This document shows, piece by piece, positions 37,560 to 46,592 of a stretch of DNA of 46,592 bases. The DNA is from Candidatus Cloacimonadota bacterium (GTDB taxonomy: Bacteria; Cloacimonadota; Cloacimonadia; Cloacimonadales; WRIO01), in the NCBI GenBank assembly GCA_029564175.1, contig JAKQQL010000187.1, positions 1 through 46,592 of the forward strand, read 5' to 3'. The translations under genes and the position numbers were made by a program. The notes under the pieces were generated by a model that did not search any database, was not told where the DNA came from, and was given only the letters and a program-made list of their open reading frames with translations. Position 1 is the first letter of the stretch. Every line of letters begins with the position of its first letter.

Positions 37560-38176
37560 TGAAAAAGAGCTCTATTCAGGGAAAAATCCTGCTGTTTGTA
37601 GAAAAATATATAGCCTGGATCTTCCTGGTCTGTATGAAGATGAGCTTAAGATATCGGGTGATAGGTGATACTCATAAAGGTCAGAGAGTTGTTTATGTGC
37701 TTTGGCATCAAAATATTTTATCTGTCCTGTTGAGCAGAATTTATGAAAATATTGGAATTGTTGTTTCTGCCTCTTTTGATGGAGAGTTAATTGCTGCTCC
37801 GGCTGAATTGTTAGGATACAGGGCTATCAGAGGCTCTTCTTCTAAAAAAGGTGTCTCTGCTTTAAAAGAAATGCTTCAAATGATAAAAAGTAGTTCTATT
37901 GCCATTACACCTGACGGACCGAAAGGTCCGGCTCACAAAATTAAAGAAGGGGCAGTATTTTTAGCCTATATGGCAAAGCTTCCCATAATACCGGTTGTAG
38001 TCAAAACAGATAGAAAATGGCAGTTTAACTCATGGGATCATTTTATTCTGCCTAAACCGTTTTCTCTGACGGAAATTCATTATCTGGATCCAGTCTATGT
38101 GACTTCCAAAGAAGAGATCGGTGAGAAATGTATTGAGATAGAAAATCTGATGTTGGGTGCAAAGGAGAAAATCTGA
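37559..38176 (+). CDS. DUF374 / lysophospholipid acyltransferase family protein
   Basis: LWHQ, SASFDGE, RGSSSKKG, ITPDGPKGP, SWDHFILPKPF. Confidence 0.88.
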   Translation: MKKSSIQGKILLFVEKYIAWIFLVCMKMSLRYRVIGDTHKGQRVVYVLWHQNILSVLLSRIYENIGIVVSASFDGELIAAPAELLGYRAIRGSSSKKGVSALKEMLQMIKSSSIAITPDGPKGPAHKIKEGAVFLAYMAKLPIIPVVVKTDRKWQFNSWDHFILPKPFSLTEIHYLDPVYVTSKEEIGEKCIEIENLMLGAKEKI

Positions 38177-38181
38177 AACTA

Positions 38182-38225
38182 AAACAGAGTTAAGAATCTG
38201 ATAAAATCAGCTCTTAACTCTGTTT
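38182..38225. terminator. Long hairpin between convergent genes (bidirectional terminator)
   Basis: AAACAGAGTTAAGA ... TCTTAACTCTGTTT with inner CTGAT/ATCAG. Confidence 0.7.
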
Positions 38226-38265
38226 CACATAGAATTTTAGAAGCAGTTTGTATGATATAAATTTA

Positions 38266-39801
38266 TTATTCCCACTCAATGGTCGCAGGTGGCTTGGAGC
38301 TGATATCATAGCAGACTCTGTTAATCCCTTTGACTTCATTGATAATACGTGAAGATACTTTTTTGAGGAAGTCGTATGGCAGTTCAGCCCAGTCAGCAGT
38401 CATACCATCGACTGATGTAACTGCTCTGAGCGCACAGACCTGGTCATAGGTTCTTTCATCACCCATGACACCGACTGTATGGATTGGCAAAAGAACAGAG
38501 AATGCCTGCCAAACCTGCTCGTAAAGGCCTGATGTTTTAAGCTCTTCAATAAATATCGCATCAATATCCTGTAAGAGATTTACTTTTTCAGTCGTGACTT
38601 CACCGATGATTCTGATTGCCAGACCAGGACCCGGGAATGGATGTCTTTGAACCATCAAATGTGGTAAACCCAGCTTTTCACCAACTGTTCTGACTTCATC
38701 TTTAAAGAGTTCTCTGAGTGGTTCGAGCAGTTTCAGATTCATTTTTTCAGGCAGACCACCTACATTGTGATGTGATTTAATGGTTGCAGAAGGTCCTTTG
38801 AAAGAAACAGACTCAATGACATCCGGATAAAGCGTTCCCTGAGCCAGCCATCTGGCGTTTGCATATTTTTTAGCCTCTGCTTCAAATATTTCAACAAATG
38901 TAGCCCCGATAATCTTGCGCTTGAGTTCTGGGTCACTTACTCCATTTAGTTTGCCTAAAAACTCGTTTTCTGCATGAATGGTAATCAACTTCATCCCAAA
39001 TTCATTATTAAAGAAAGTCTCCACCTCATCTACTTCATTTTTTCTGAGTAACCCGGTATTGACAAAGATTGGGATTAACTGATCTCCAATTGCCTTATAG
39101 ATGAGGGCTACTGCAACAGAAGAATCTACTCCGCCACTTAAGCCAAGAATGACCTGATCATTTCCGACTTGTTGTCTGATATGTTCAATAGAATAATCAA
39201 TAAAAGAAACAGGTGTCCAGTCTCTGTTGAATCCGGCAATCTGAATCAGGAAGTTTTCAATCATCTTATTGCCGTTAAGAGAATGAACGACTTCCGGATG
39301 GAACTGCAAGGCAAAGAGATGTTTAGACTCGTGAGCGATTGCAGCATAAGGTGAATTTTCAGAGTGAGCAATCTGATGAAAGCCTTCCGGAATACTTGCT
39401 ACCGCATCTCCATGACTCATCCAGACCTGCTCTTCAGCGTCTAATCCTGTGAATATATGGTCGTGATTATCTAATTTGATTTTGGCATAGCCGTATTCTT
39501 TTTTATCAAATTTTTCTACTTTACCACCTAGCAAAGTAACCATTAACTGCATCCCATAACATATACCCAGTACTGGCAAGGAACCATCCAACAGTCTGAT
39601 ATCAATCTTTGGGGCATCTTCACGGTAAACACTGAAAGGACTACCGGAGAGAATAATCGCTTTTGGCTGTTTTGCCAGGATTTCATCGTAGGAAATCGTA
39701 CAAGGTACAATTTCACAGTAAATCTGTAATTTTCTTATCTCTTTGGCAATCAATTGTGTGTATTGAGAGCCAAAATCGAGAATCAAAGCCAGTTCATGCA
39801 T
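38266..39801 (-). CDS. guaA: GMP synthase (glutamine-hydrolysing)
   Basis: [45 protein letters not shown]. Confidence 0.98.
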   Translation of the reverse strand: MHELALILDFGSQYTQLIAKEIRKLQIYCEIVPCTISYDEILAKQPKAIILSGSPFSVYREDAPKIDIRLLDGSLPVLGICYGMQLMVTLLGGKVEKFDKKEYGYAKIKLDNHDHIFTGLDAEEQVWMSHGDAVASIPEGFHQIAHSENSPYAAIAHESKHLFALQFHPEVVHSLNGNKMIENFLIQIAGFNRDWTPVSFIDYSIEHIRQQVGNDQVILGLSGGVDSSVAVALIYKAIGDQLIPIFVNTGLLRKNEVDEVETFFNNEFGMKLITIHAENEFLGKLNGVSDPELKRKIIGATFVEIFEAEAKKYANARWLAQGTLYPDVIESVSFKGPSATIKSHHNVGGLPEKMNLKLLEPLRELFKDEVRTVGEKLGLPHLMVQRHPFPGPGLAIRIIGEVTTEKVNLLQDIDAIFIEELKTSGLYEQVWQAFSVLLPIHTVGVMGDERTYDQVCALRAVTSVDGMTADWAELPYDFLKKVSSRIINEVKGINRVCYDISSKPPATIEWE

Positions 39802-39819
39802 AGATGAACCCTCCCTTAT

Positions 39820-40776
39820 TTATCTTATTTTTTCTAATTTTTCCATCACATCGGCGACATCTTCTCCATTTCCCATGGTAAAGAAATGTATTCCAGGTGA
39901 ACCGTAATCCAGTAACTTTTTGCAGAGATTTGCCATAAAATTGATTCCAGCATCGTGAGCTTCCAGGCTGTTTTCTGCTTTATCCATAGCGATAATCAAA
40001 TCATCGGGCATGTTTAAATGAAAGTTTTGGGCAAAGCGTCTGACCTGTTTCTTTTTGGTGATTGGTTTTAAGCCTGGAATAATAGGGATAGTAATACCTG
40101 CTTCTCTGCACATTTTTTCCCATTTAACAAAGCGATCGAAATCGAAAAACATTTGGGTAACGATATAATCTGCTCCGGCATCAACCTTTTCTTTTAACCA
40201 TGCCACATCCTCTTCAAGAGAGATTGCTGTATGGTGCTTTTCCGGATAACCTGCTACACCGGTGCAAAAATCAATTGGTTCATCCGGGCAAAGGGCATGC
40301 AGGTAATGGCTTTCTTTCATGGCTTTGATCTGTCTGACGAGTTCACCTGCATTGGAATGACCGAATTGTTCCGGTGAAAAATGTTCCTGTCCTTTTCGTG
40401 GATCTCCACGTAAAGCCAGCACATTTTCAATTCCCAGAAACATCAGATCAAAAAGCGCATCTTCCGTATCCATCCGGTTAAATCCGCCACATATCAGATG
40501 AGGCACGACTTCTATATTGTATTTGTATTTAATTGCAGAGCATACACCTACTGTACTGGCATGTTTTTGATAGATGACTTTGGTGGGAATGCCATCAATT
40601 TCTTCCATAGAGACAGCCTGCTGATGATAGGTGATGTTGATGAAACGGGGATTGTAACGCTTGATTCTGTCAATCACATGAAAAATCTGTTCGATGGATT
40701 TTATCTTTAAAGGTGGTGTTATCTCTAAAGAATAAAAAGGTTCCTTCTGAGATTTAATCAAATCAGTAACTTTCAT
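39820..40776 (-). CDS. metF: 5,10-methylenetetrahydrofolate reductase
   Basis: SLEITPP, VPHLIC, LALRGD, AGYPEKH, KVDAGADYIVTQMFFD, HFFTM. Confidence 0.93.
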   Translation of the reverse strand: MKVTDLIKSQKEPFYSLEITPPLKIKSIEQIFHVIDRIKRYNPRFINITYHQQAVSMEEIDGIPTKVIYQKHASTVGVCSAIKYKYNIEVVPHLICGGFNRMDTEDALFDLMFLGIENVLALRGDPRKGQEHFSPEQFGHSNAGELVRQIKAMKESHYLHALCPDEPIDFCTGVAGYPEKHHTAISLEEDVAWLKEKVDAGADYIVTQMFFDFDRFVKWEKMCREAGITIPIIPGLKPITKKKQVRRFAQNFHLNMPDDLIIAMDKAENSLEAHDAGINFMANLCKKLLDYGSPGIHFFTMGNGEDVADVMEKLEKIR

Positions 40777-40939
40777 TTTGACCTTTCCTGAAGTCTGTTA
40801 TATTATTTTCTAAACCACAAAATACACTAAAAACACGAAACATTCGCTTTGCGGAAATATCACAAATTGCTATTGTTGCAGTTGTCATACAATCCAGATG
40901 TTTGTTGTAATCGGGTTTATTCACAGACAAATCCTCTAT

Positions 40940-40965
40940 AAAAAAAGCGGGCACAAAAGCCCGCT
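40940..40965 (-). terminator. Intrinsic terminator of nrdJ
   Basis: AGCGGGC-TTTTGT-GCCCGCT followed by a T-run on the minus strand. Confidence 0.8.
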
Positions 40966-40973
40966 ATAATCAT

Positions 40974-43238
40974 TTAGCATTTTGACCAGCCACAAGCATT
41001 ACATTTCATACAACCTTCTGCGAATTCAATCGCTGATCCACAATCCGGGCAAGTAGCACTCATTTTGCCGGCAGAGATGATCGTAGCAACTTTTTCTGGT
41101 GCTTTGATATTTTCAGGTAAGGCACCTTCTTTTTGAATTTGCAGATAAGTTTCCAGAGAGTAAGCAATGGCATCAGCACAGGATGTTATCAGTTTGCCTT
41201 TGTTCCACATAGGGGAGAGACAACGGATACTTTTCAACTGACGGATAATGGATTCGAGCTTTACATTTGCACGAAGAGAAAGAGATGCCAGGCGGGCAAG
41301 CGCTTCAAGCTGGGCAGAGGCACAACCGCCTACTTTGCCCATCTGGGTAAATATTTCGCAAGGACCATTTTCATCTGAATTGATGGTAACATAGAGATGA
41401 CCACAGCCGGTTTCTATTCTTTGGGTGATGCCCATGGTGATTTCCGGTCTATTTCTGGGGGCGACTCTATGAATTGTATCTTTCTTTTCCTCATTGGTTT
41501 TGGATCCGACATGAAGTACCTGGTTTTCACGTGAGCCGTCACGATAAACCGTTACCCCTTTACAACCGAGATTCCAGGCAGACTCAAAGGCAATACGAAT
41601 ATCTTCTTTAGTTGCTGTACGAGGGAAATTAATCGTTTTGGAAACGGCATTATCTGTATATTTCTGGAAAGCAGCCTGCATTTTGATATGCCATTCAGGA
41701 CTGATATCATGAGAAGTCACATATACTCGTTTTAAATTTTCTGGCAGATTGAGGTCATGTAAAGAACCGCTTTCTGCTACTTTTTCCATGAGTTCATTGG
41801 AGTAGAGACCTTGTCTTCTGATTTCTTCTTCAAACCATGGATTGATATAATAAAGTTTTTCCCCATCTAATACCTGCTTAATATAAACCAGAGAGAACTG
41901 AGGTTCGATTCCGCCAGATGAGTTTAAAATCATACTAATTGTACCGGTTGGTGCAATAGTAGAGACAGTTGCATTACGAATACCATGTTGTTTGATTTGC
42001 TGAGCCAGAGATGTCCAGTCAAGTTTGCCGTTTTCACGAAGTAACTCACCTTTTTCGTAAATACTGCCTTTGAAGTTTGGAAATGAGCCTTTGACTTTAG
42101 CCATTTCCATTGATTTATATTTTCCATGATAATCGATAAATTCCATGATTTCTTCAGCCAGATCAACTGCTTGCTGGCTGTCATAAGGGATATTCAGGCG
42201 GAACAGAATATCAGCCCAACCCATGATGCCAAGTCCGATTTTACGGTTTCCTTTGACCATCTCATCAATTTCAGGTAATGGGAAATGTGAACGATCAATG
42301 ACTTCATCGAGAAACTCAACGCTGTCCTGAATGATTTGTTTAAATTTATCCCAGTTGATCTGATTATTTTCAATGATGACATTGAGATTAATAGACCCGA
42401 GGTTACAAGCTTCGTTTGGTAACAAAGGCTGTTCACCACATGGATTGGTTGATTCAATCATACCAATATGCGGGGTGGGATTATAGTGATTGATTCTGTC
42501 GATAAAGACGATGCCTGGTTCACCATTTTTATGAGCCATTTCAACCATTAAAGAAAAGACATCACGTGCTTTCAGACGATTAACCACTTTTTTGGTATGA
42601 GGTGAAATCAATTCATATTCGGTATCCTGATTGACTGCCTGCATAAAATCTTCTGTGATCGCAACTGAAATATTGAAATTGGTCAATTCTTTCGTATCTT
42701 CTTTGCAGGTAATAAATTCCATGATCTGAGGATGATCAACGCTCAAGATAGCCATATTGGCTCCACGACGTGTTCCTCCCTGTTTTACTGCATCAGTGGA
42801 TGCATTAAAGACTTTTAAAAATGAAAGAGGTCCACTTGAAACGCCATTAGTGGTTTTAACTCTGGAATTGGCTTCTCTGAGTCTGCTAAATGAAAAACCA
42901 GTACCACCACCGCTCTTATGAATCAATGCTGCGTTTTTAATGGACGTAAATATACTTTCCATACTATCATCAATTGGCAGAACAAAGCAGGCTGATAATT
43001 GCTGAAGGTCATTTCCTGCATTCATCAGAGTAGGTGAATTAGGTAAAAAAGCACCTGAGTCCATCAAGTTATAAAAACGTTTCTTTTTTTCAGGATCAAA
43101 GTTATCAATTATATTTTCACCACTAATGTTGGCAGCCACTCTGTTAAGCAAGGCATGCCAGTCTTCCATGATGCCATTTTCATCTTTTTTAAAGTATCTT
43201 TTCTCTAAAACCGTTAAAGCATTCGGTGTTAATTCCAT
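40974..43238 (-). CDS. nrdJ: Vitamin B12-dependent (class II) ribonucleotide reductase with C-terminal TSCPD-like/zinc-ribbon domain
   Basis: [44 protein letters not shown]. Confidence 0.93.
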   Translation of the reverse strand: MELTPNALTVLEKRYFKKDENGIMEDWHALLNRVAANISGENIIDNFDPEKKKRFYNLMDSGAFLPNSPTLMNAGNDLQQLSACFVLPIDDSMESIFTSIKNAALIHKSGGGTGFSFSRLREANSRVKTTNGVSSGPLSFLKVFNASTDAVKQGGTRRGANMAILSVDHPQIMEFITCKEDTKELTNFNISVAITEDFMQAVNQDTEYELISPHTKKVVNRLKARDVFSLMVEMAHKNGEPGIVFIDRINHYNPTPHIGMIESTNPCGEQPLLPNEACNLGSINLNVIIENNQINWDKFKQIIQDSVEFLDEVIDRSHFPLPEIDEMVKGNRKIGLGIMGWADILFRLNIPYDSQQAVDLAEEIMEFIDYHGKYKSMEMAKVKGSFPNFKGSIYEKGELLRENGKLDWTSLAQQIKQHGIRNATVSTIAPTGTISMILNSSGGIEPQFSLVYIKQVLDGEKLYYINPWFEEEIRRQGLYSNELMEKVAESGSLHDLNLPENLKRVYVTSHDISPEWHIKMQAAFQKYTDNAVSKTINFPRTATKEDIRIAFESAWNLGCKGVTVYRDGSRENQVLHVGSKTNEEKKDTIHRVAPRNRPEITMGITQRIETGCGHLYVTINSDENGPCEIFTQMGKVGGCASAQLEALARLASLSLRANVKLESIIRQLKSIRCLSPMWNKGKLITSCADAIAYSLETYLQIQKEGALPENIKAPEKVATIISAGKMSATCPDCGSAIEFAEGCMKCNACGWSKC

Positions 43239-43260
43239 ATATCCTCCTGTTTAATTTTGT

Positions 43261-43614
43261 TGTACCGTAAGCTACCAGCTTGCGGATTTTTCCTGACAAA
43301 CAAGATGTAGCGCAAGCTCGTTGTAGCGCAAGCTACCAGCTTGCGAACTTCCCTGGCAAGCAGGTTGCTTGCCCTACAGCTTGTACCGTAAGCTACCAGC
43401 TTGCGAACTTCCCTGGCAAGCAGGTTGCTTGCCCTACAGCTTGTACCGTAAGCTACCAGCTTGCGAACTTCCCTGGCAAGCAGGTTGCTTGCCCTACAGC
43501 TTGTGCGTTATCCTGGCAAGCAGGTTGCTTGCCCTACAGCTTGCGAGCTTCCGTACTACAAGCATCTTGCTTGTAGCTCTTTTTTTTGCAAGCGGGACGC
43601 TCGCAGTACGAGAT
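43261..43614. repeat. BIME-like REP array: 60-bp unit x3 plus partial units and a terminal REP pair
   Basis: GTAxCGxAAGCTACCAGCTTGCG paired with inverted GGCAAGCAGGTTGCTTGCCCTAC at 43321, 43381 and 43441; GTACTACAAGCATCTTGCTTGTAG / TGCAAGCGGGACGCTCGCAGTAC. Confidence 0.9.
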
Positions 43615-43625
43615 TTTTGCTTGTT

Positions 43626-45557
43626 TTACTGGTCTTTCACACTATGATTTTTTTTCAGGTATATCATAATTGCCTGTACATCGGTGTAGTTGACACCAGG
43701 TACTCTGACAGCCTGACCAAGTGAGACAGGTTGTATTTTATTCAACTTTTCTCTTGCTTCGATCGATACGCCTTCTATACTAAGATAATCTATTTTTTGG
43801 CTGATGCCATAATTTTCTAAATATTCAAACTTGTTTATGTCTTCCTGCTGGCGTTTCAGATAGCCTTCATATTTGCAATTGATGGTAATTTTATCTTGAA
43901 TGGCTGTCGTAACATCAGACGGAATTTTGTAACCAAATTTTTCTAAGTCTTTAAAATCAAGCTCAGGTCGTTTTAAGAGAGAATAGAATTTGAGTGGCTG
44001 AGATAAATCCGGATGTTTATTTGAACTGGTTAGTCTGAGATACGCTGTTTCTCTTTCGACAATCTCTTGTTGTTTTTGAAACATTTGCCATTTAGTGTCA
44101 GAAATCAGACCCAGTTTATAGCCCAAAGGCATAAGTCTTTCATCGGCATTATCCTGTCTGAGAGAAAGACGATGCTCTGCTCTGGAAGTGAATAAACGGT
44201 AAGGCTCATTGGTGCCTTTGGTAACCAGATCGTCAATCAGTACACCCAGATAAGATTGCGATCTATCGAAGATCAGAGGTTCCTTGTTTTGCAGGGCGAG
44301 AACGGCATTGATACCGGCACTAATTCCCTGGGCAGCCGCTTCTTCATAACCAGATGTTCCGTTGATTTGACCAGCAAGGTAAAGACCTTTGATTTTTTTA
44401 GTTTCAAGACTTGGTTTTAATTCTTCTGGTATGATATAATCATACTCGATGGCATAAGCATATCGCATGATTTTAGCATTTTCCAGACCAGGGATACTGT
44501 GAACAATCTGTTCCTGTATATGAGGGGGGAGACTGTTTGAAATGCCGTTGACATAAGCTTCCACTGTATGAAGTCCTTCGGGCTCAATAAATACATGATG
44601 CTGATCTCTGTCTGAGAACTTGACGATTTTATCTTCGATAGAGGGACAATAACGGGGCCCGATTCCTTCAATGAAACCACCATACAGGGAAGATTGCCGA
44701 AGGTTGTCACGGATTATCTGATGTGTTTGTGCTGTGGTATGCGTCAGATAACAGGATATCTTATTTTGAAGGCTTAAACCTGAGAAGAAAGAAAATCCTT
44801 GTGGATCATCATCTCCAGGTTGAGCTTCAACCACATTGAAATTAACGGTTCTTAAATCCACACGTGGTGGCGTACCTGTTTTGAAACGTGCCAGCTGAAA
44901 TCCAAACTGAGCAAGACTGAGACTCATCAGGTCATCTGCCGGTTCACCAGAACGGCCTCCCGGAAATGAGATTGATCCAACATGGATTTTACCTTTTAAA
45001 AAGGTGCCATTTGCCATAATGACTTTTGGGGCAAAATAGGCTTTGCCTAATTGAGATCGTACACCCCTGATTTCATAACTCTTGCTGTCATGACATGGTT
45101 CTGCGATTAATTCAGCAATAGAAGATTCAATCAATTCCAGATTGTCTTGTTTTTCAACAATATCTCTCATTTCAAGCGAATAAATTTGTCTGTCATTTTG
45201 AGTCCGTGGTGCCCAAACTGCCGGTCCTTTTTTCTTGTTTAGCATCCGAAAATGAATCCCTGTCAAATCAGCCACATAGCCAATCTGACCACCCAAAGCG
45301 TCTATCTCTCTGGCTAAATGCCCTTTGGCAGGTCCACCAACCGTTGGATTGCATGACATACGACCAACTGCTTCCAACTTAATAGTAAATAAGGCTGTTT
45401 TCGCTCCCATTTTTGCTGCTGCCATCGCTGCTTCAATGCCGGCATGACCGGCGCCTACCACGATGACATCAAAATGGTCTGACTTGTATTGTGTAGAACG
45501 GGCATCCTGCCCGTTTATTGATGTTATATGATGATCCCTGTTTAGGGAAGAATCCAT
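43626..45557 (-). CDS. mnmG: tRNA uridine-5-carboxymethylaminomethyl modification enzyme MnmG (GidA)
   Basis: [52 protein letters not shown]. Confidence 0.98.
   Translation of the reverse strand: MDSSLNRDHHITSINGQDARSTQYKSDHFDVIVVGAGHAGIEAAMAAAKMGAKTALFTIKLEAVGRMSCNPTVGGPAKGHLAREIDALGGQIGYVADLTGIHFRMLNKKKGPAVWAPRTQNDRQIYSLEMRDIVEKQDNLELIESSIAELIAEPCHDSKSYEIRGVRSQLGKAYFAPKVIMANGTFLKGKIHVGSISFPGGRSGEPADDLMSLSLAQFGFQLARFKTGTPPRVDLRTVNFNVVEAQPGDDDPQGFSFFSGLSLQNKISCYLTHTTAQTHQIIRDNLRQSSLYGGFIEGIGPRYCPSIEDKIVKFSDRDQHHVFIEPEGLHTVEAYVNGISNSLPPHIQEQIVHSIPGLENAKIMRYAYAIEYDYIIPEELKPSLETKKIKGLYLAGQINGTSGYEEAAAQGISAGINAVLALQNKEPLIFDRSQSYLGVLIDDLVTKGTNEPYRLFTSRAEHRLSLRQDNADERLMPLGYKLGLISDTKWQMFQKQQEIVERETAYLRLTSSNKHPDLSQPLKFYSLLKRPELDFKDLEKFGYKIPSDVTTAIQDKITINCKYEGYLKRQQEDINKFEYLENYGISQKIDYLSIEGVSIEAREKLNKIQPVSLGQAVRVPGVNYTDVQAIMIYLKKNHSVKDQ
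45493..45515 (+). repeat. GTAG-type REP inside the mnmG 5' coding region
   Basis: GTAG-AACGGGCA-TCC-TGCCCGTT; encodes NGQDARST on the minus strand. Confidence 0.7.
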
Positions 45558-45869
45558 GTTAACTCCATTATGTTTGATTGTTTTTTCAGTATGAAAGATA
45601 CTGATTTAAAAAACTAAAAAAATGAATTTAGCTCCAAAGTCAACTATAATTTAGATATTTTTGTGCAGACTTAGTCAGTCTTATTCTTGAACCTCTGAAG
45701 ATACAGAAAACACAGAAGAAAAAGTATATTTGAAGTTAACTTAATGACCCCTGCAATGCTATATTTTGAGTTTACGATGATTATTATTTAGAACATCTTG
45801 TCTATAAACCTGAACAGATAAAGAAAAAACAAAGAATCTACAACCACGGAAAGCACAGAAAATACGGAA

Positions 45870-46055
45870 TTCTACGAAGATCACAGGGCTGACGCCCCTG
45901 AATCGGTATGCCATATTGTTTTCTACGAAGATCACAGGGCTGACGCCCCTTAAAACGGTTTTCTTTTTTATCTTTCTACGAAGAACACAGGGCTGACGCC
46001 CCTTAAAACGGTTTTCTTTTTATCTTTCTACGAAGAACACAGGGCTGATGCCCCT
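45870..46055. repeat. Four copies of a 30-bp repeat with 21-23-bp spacers (REP-like array)
   Basis: TTCTACGAAGAWCACAGGGCTGAYGCCCCT at 45870, 45921, 45974 and 46026. Confidence 0.9.
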
Positions 46056-46098
46056 GAATCTGAATTAAATACATTCTCCACATCCTCCGCTTCTCCAC

Positions 46099-46557
46099 GT
46101 GAGGTATAACTCGTTTTTGCAGTAGGGGATGTCATTCATCATTTATAATTCACAATTAAACGTACTACCCCGTCACAGAAGTGGAATTTTACATTTATCA
46201 AATGATTAGAATGCCTCTTTATTCTCTCCGCGACTCCGCGTCTCCGCGTGAGGTATAACTCGTTTTTGCAGTAGGGGATGTCATTCATCATTTATAATTC
46301 ACAATTCACAATTAAACGTACTACCCCGTCACAGAAGTGGAATTTTACATTTATCAAATGATTAGAATGCCTCTTTATTCTCTCCGCGACTCAGCGTCTC
46401 CGCGTGAGGTATAACTCGTTTTTGCAGTAGGGGATGTCATTCATCATTTATAATTCACAATTAAACGTACTACCCCGTCACAGAAGTGGAATTTTACATT
46501 TATCAAATGATTAGGATGCCTCTTTATTCTCTCCGCGACTCCGCGTCTCCGCGTGAG
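46099..46557. repeat. Tandem repeat, three units of 149/156/149 bp
   Basis: Units start GTGAG at 46099, 46248, 46404 (and 46553); each has ATTCACA-type heptamers and CTCCGCGACTCMGCGTCTCCGCG. Confidence 0.92.
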
Positions 46558-46592
46558 ATTACAAAACACACACAGCGTAGTTAAAAAATGAA

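Noticed and set aside
40777..40939. SAM riboswitch upstream of metF, and ORF 40763-40954
   Set aside because: No SAM-I core (ATC.AGAG...GCAACC) seen; the ORF crosses the nrdJ terminator and a dispersed repeat
43261..43614. CRISPR array or cobalamin riboswitch upstream of nrdJ
   Set aside because: Units are contiguous without unique spacers; no B12-box-like sequence recognised
43280..43724. ORFs 43280-43576, 43369-43647 and 43461-43724 as repeat proteins
   Set aside because: Translations of the 60-bp REP array; no RBS and opposite to the flanking genes
731..44710. Numerous short antisense or alternate-frame ORFs overlapping long genes (e.g. 731-982, 4127-4648, 8568-8810, 19033-19329, 21765-22104, 27173-27508, 41133-42457)
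   Set aside because: Shadows of well-supported genes with no recognisable motifs
45870..46055. CRISPR array
   Set aside because: Spacers are short (21-23 bp), two are nearly identical, and no cas gene is in the window; kept as a REP-like array

Overview
Low-GC bacterial chromosomal segment, most consistent with Candidatus Cloacimonadota (FCB group). This is an inference from several secreted proteins with 'NYPNPFNP...YNIKGQKV...SGVY...KM' FlgD/T9SS-type C-terminal domains, a PorV-family barrel and lpxB. The left ~16.5 kb is accessory: a YciI protein, TetR plus a PLP aminotransferase, a lipoprotein, two large secreted beta-helix proteins (one with a Zn-phospholipase C/P1-nuclease-like N-terminus), a prolyl oligopeptidase and a GNAT, separated by repeat-rich spacers. 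The middle and right are core genes (glyS, pta, aspC-like, pfkB, purM, trxB, ferritin-like, M23 peptidase, TsaC-LMW-PTP fusion, lpxB, DUF374, guaA, metF, nrdJ, mnmG). They surround a 7-gene operon: TonB-dependent receptor, ExbB, two ExbD, TonB, a 1012-aa T9SS-type cargo and PorV. The most notable observations are: (i) an unannotated 50-codon leader ORF containing (TA)8 whose stop codon lies in the loop of a terminator just upstream of the 1416-aa gene, a candidate phase-variable attenuator; (ii) a candidate sigma54-driven ~90-nt C-rich sRNA with tandem upstream activator sites; (iii) the TonB/PorV/cargo operon, whose three large members share DxDxDG Ca-binding-type motifs; (iv) a REP palindrome translated inside the MnmG N-terminus; and (v) several MITE/REP/BIME and tandem-repeat families. 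No rRNA, tRNA, cas gene or transposase was recognised.
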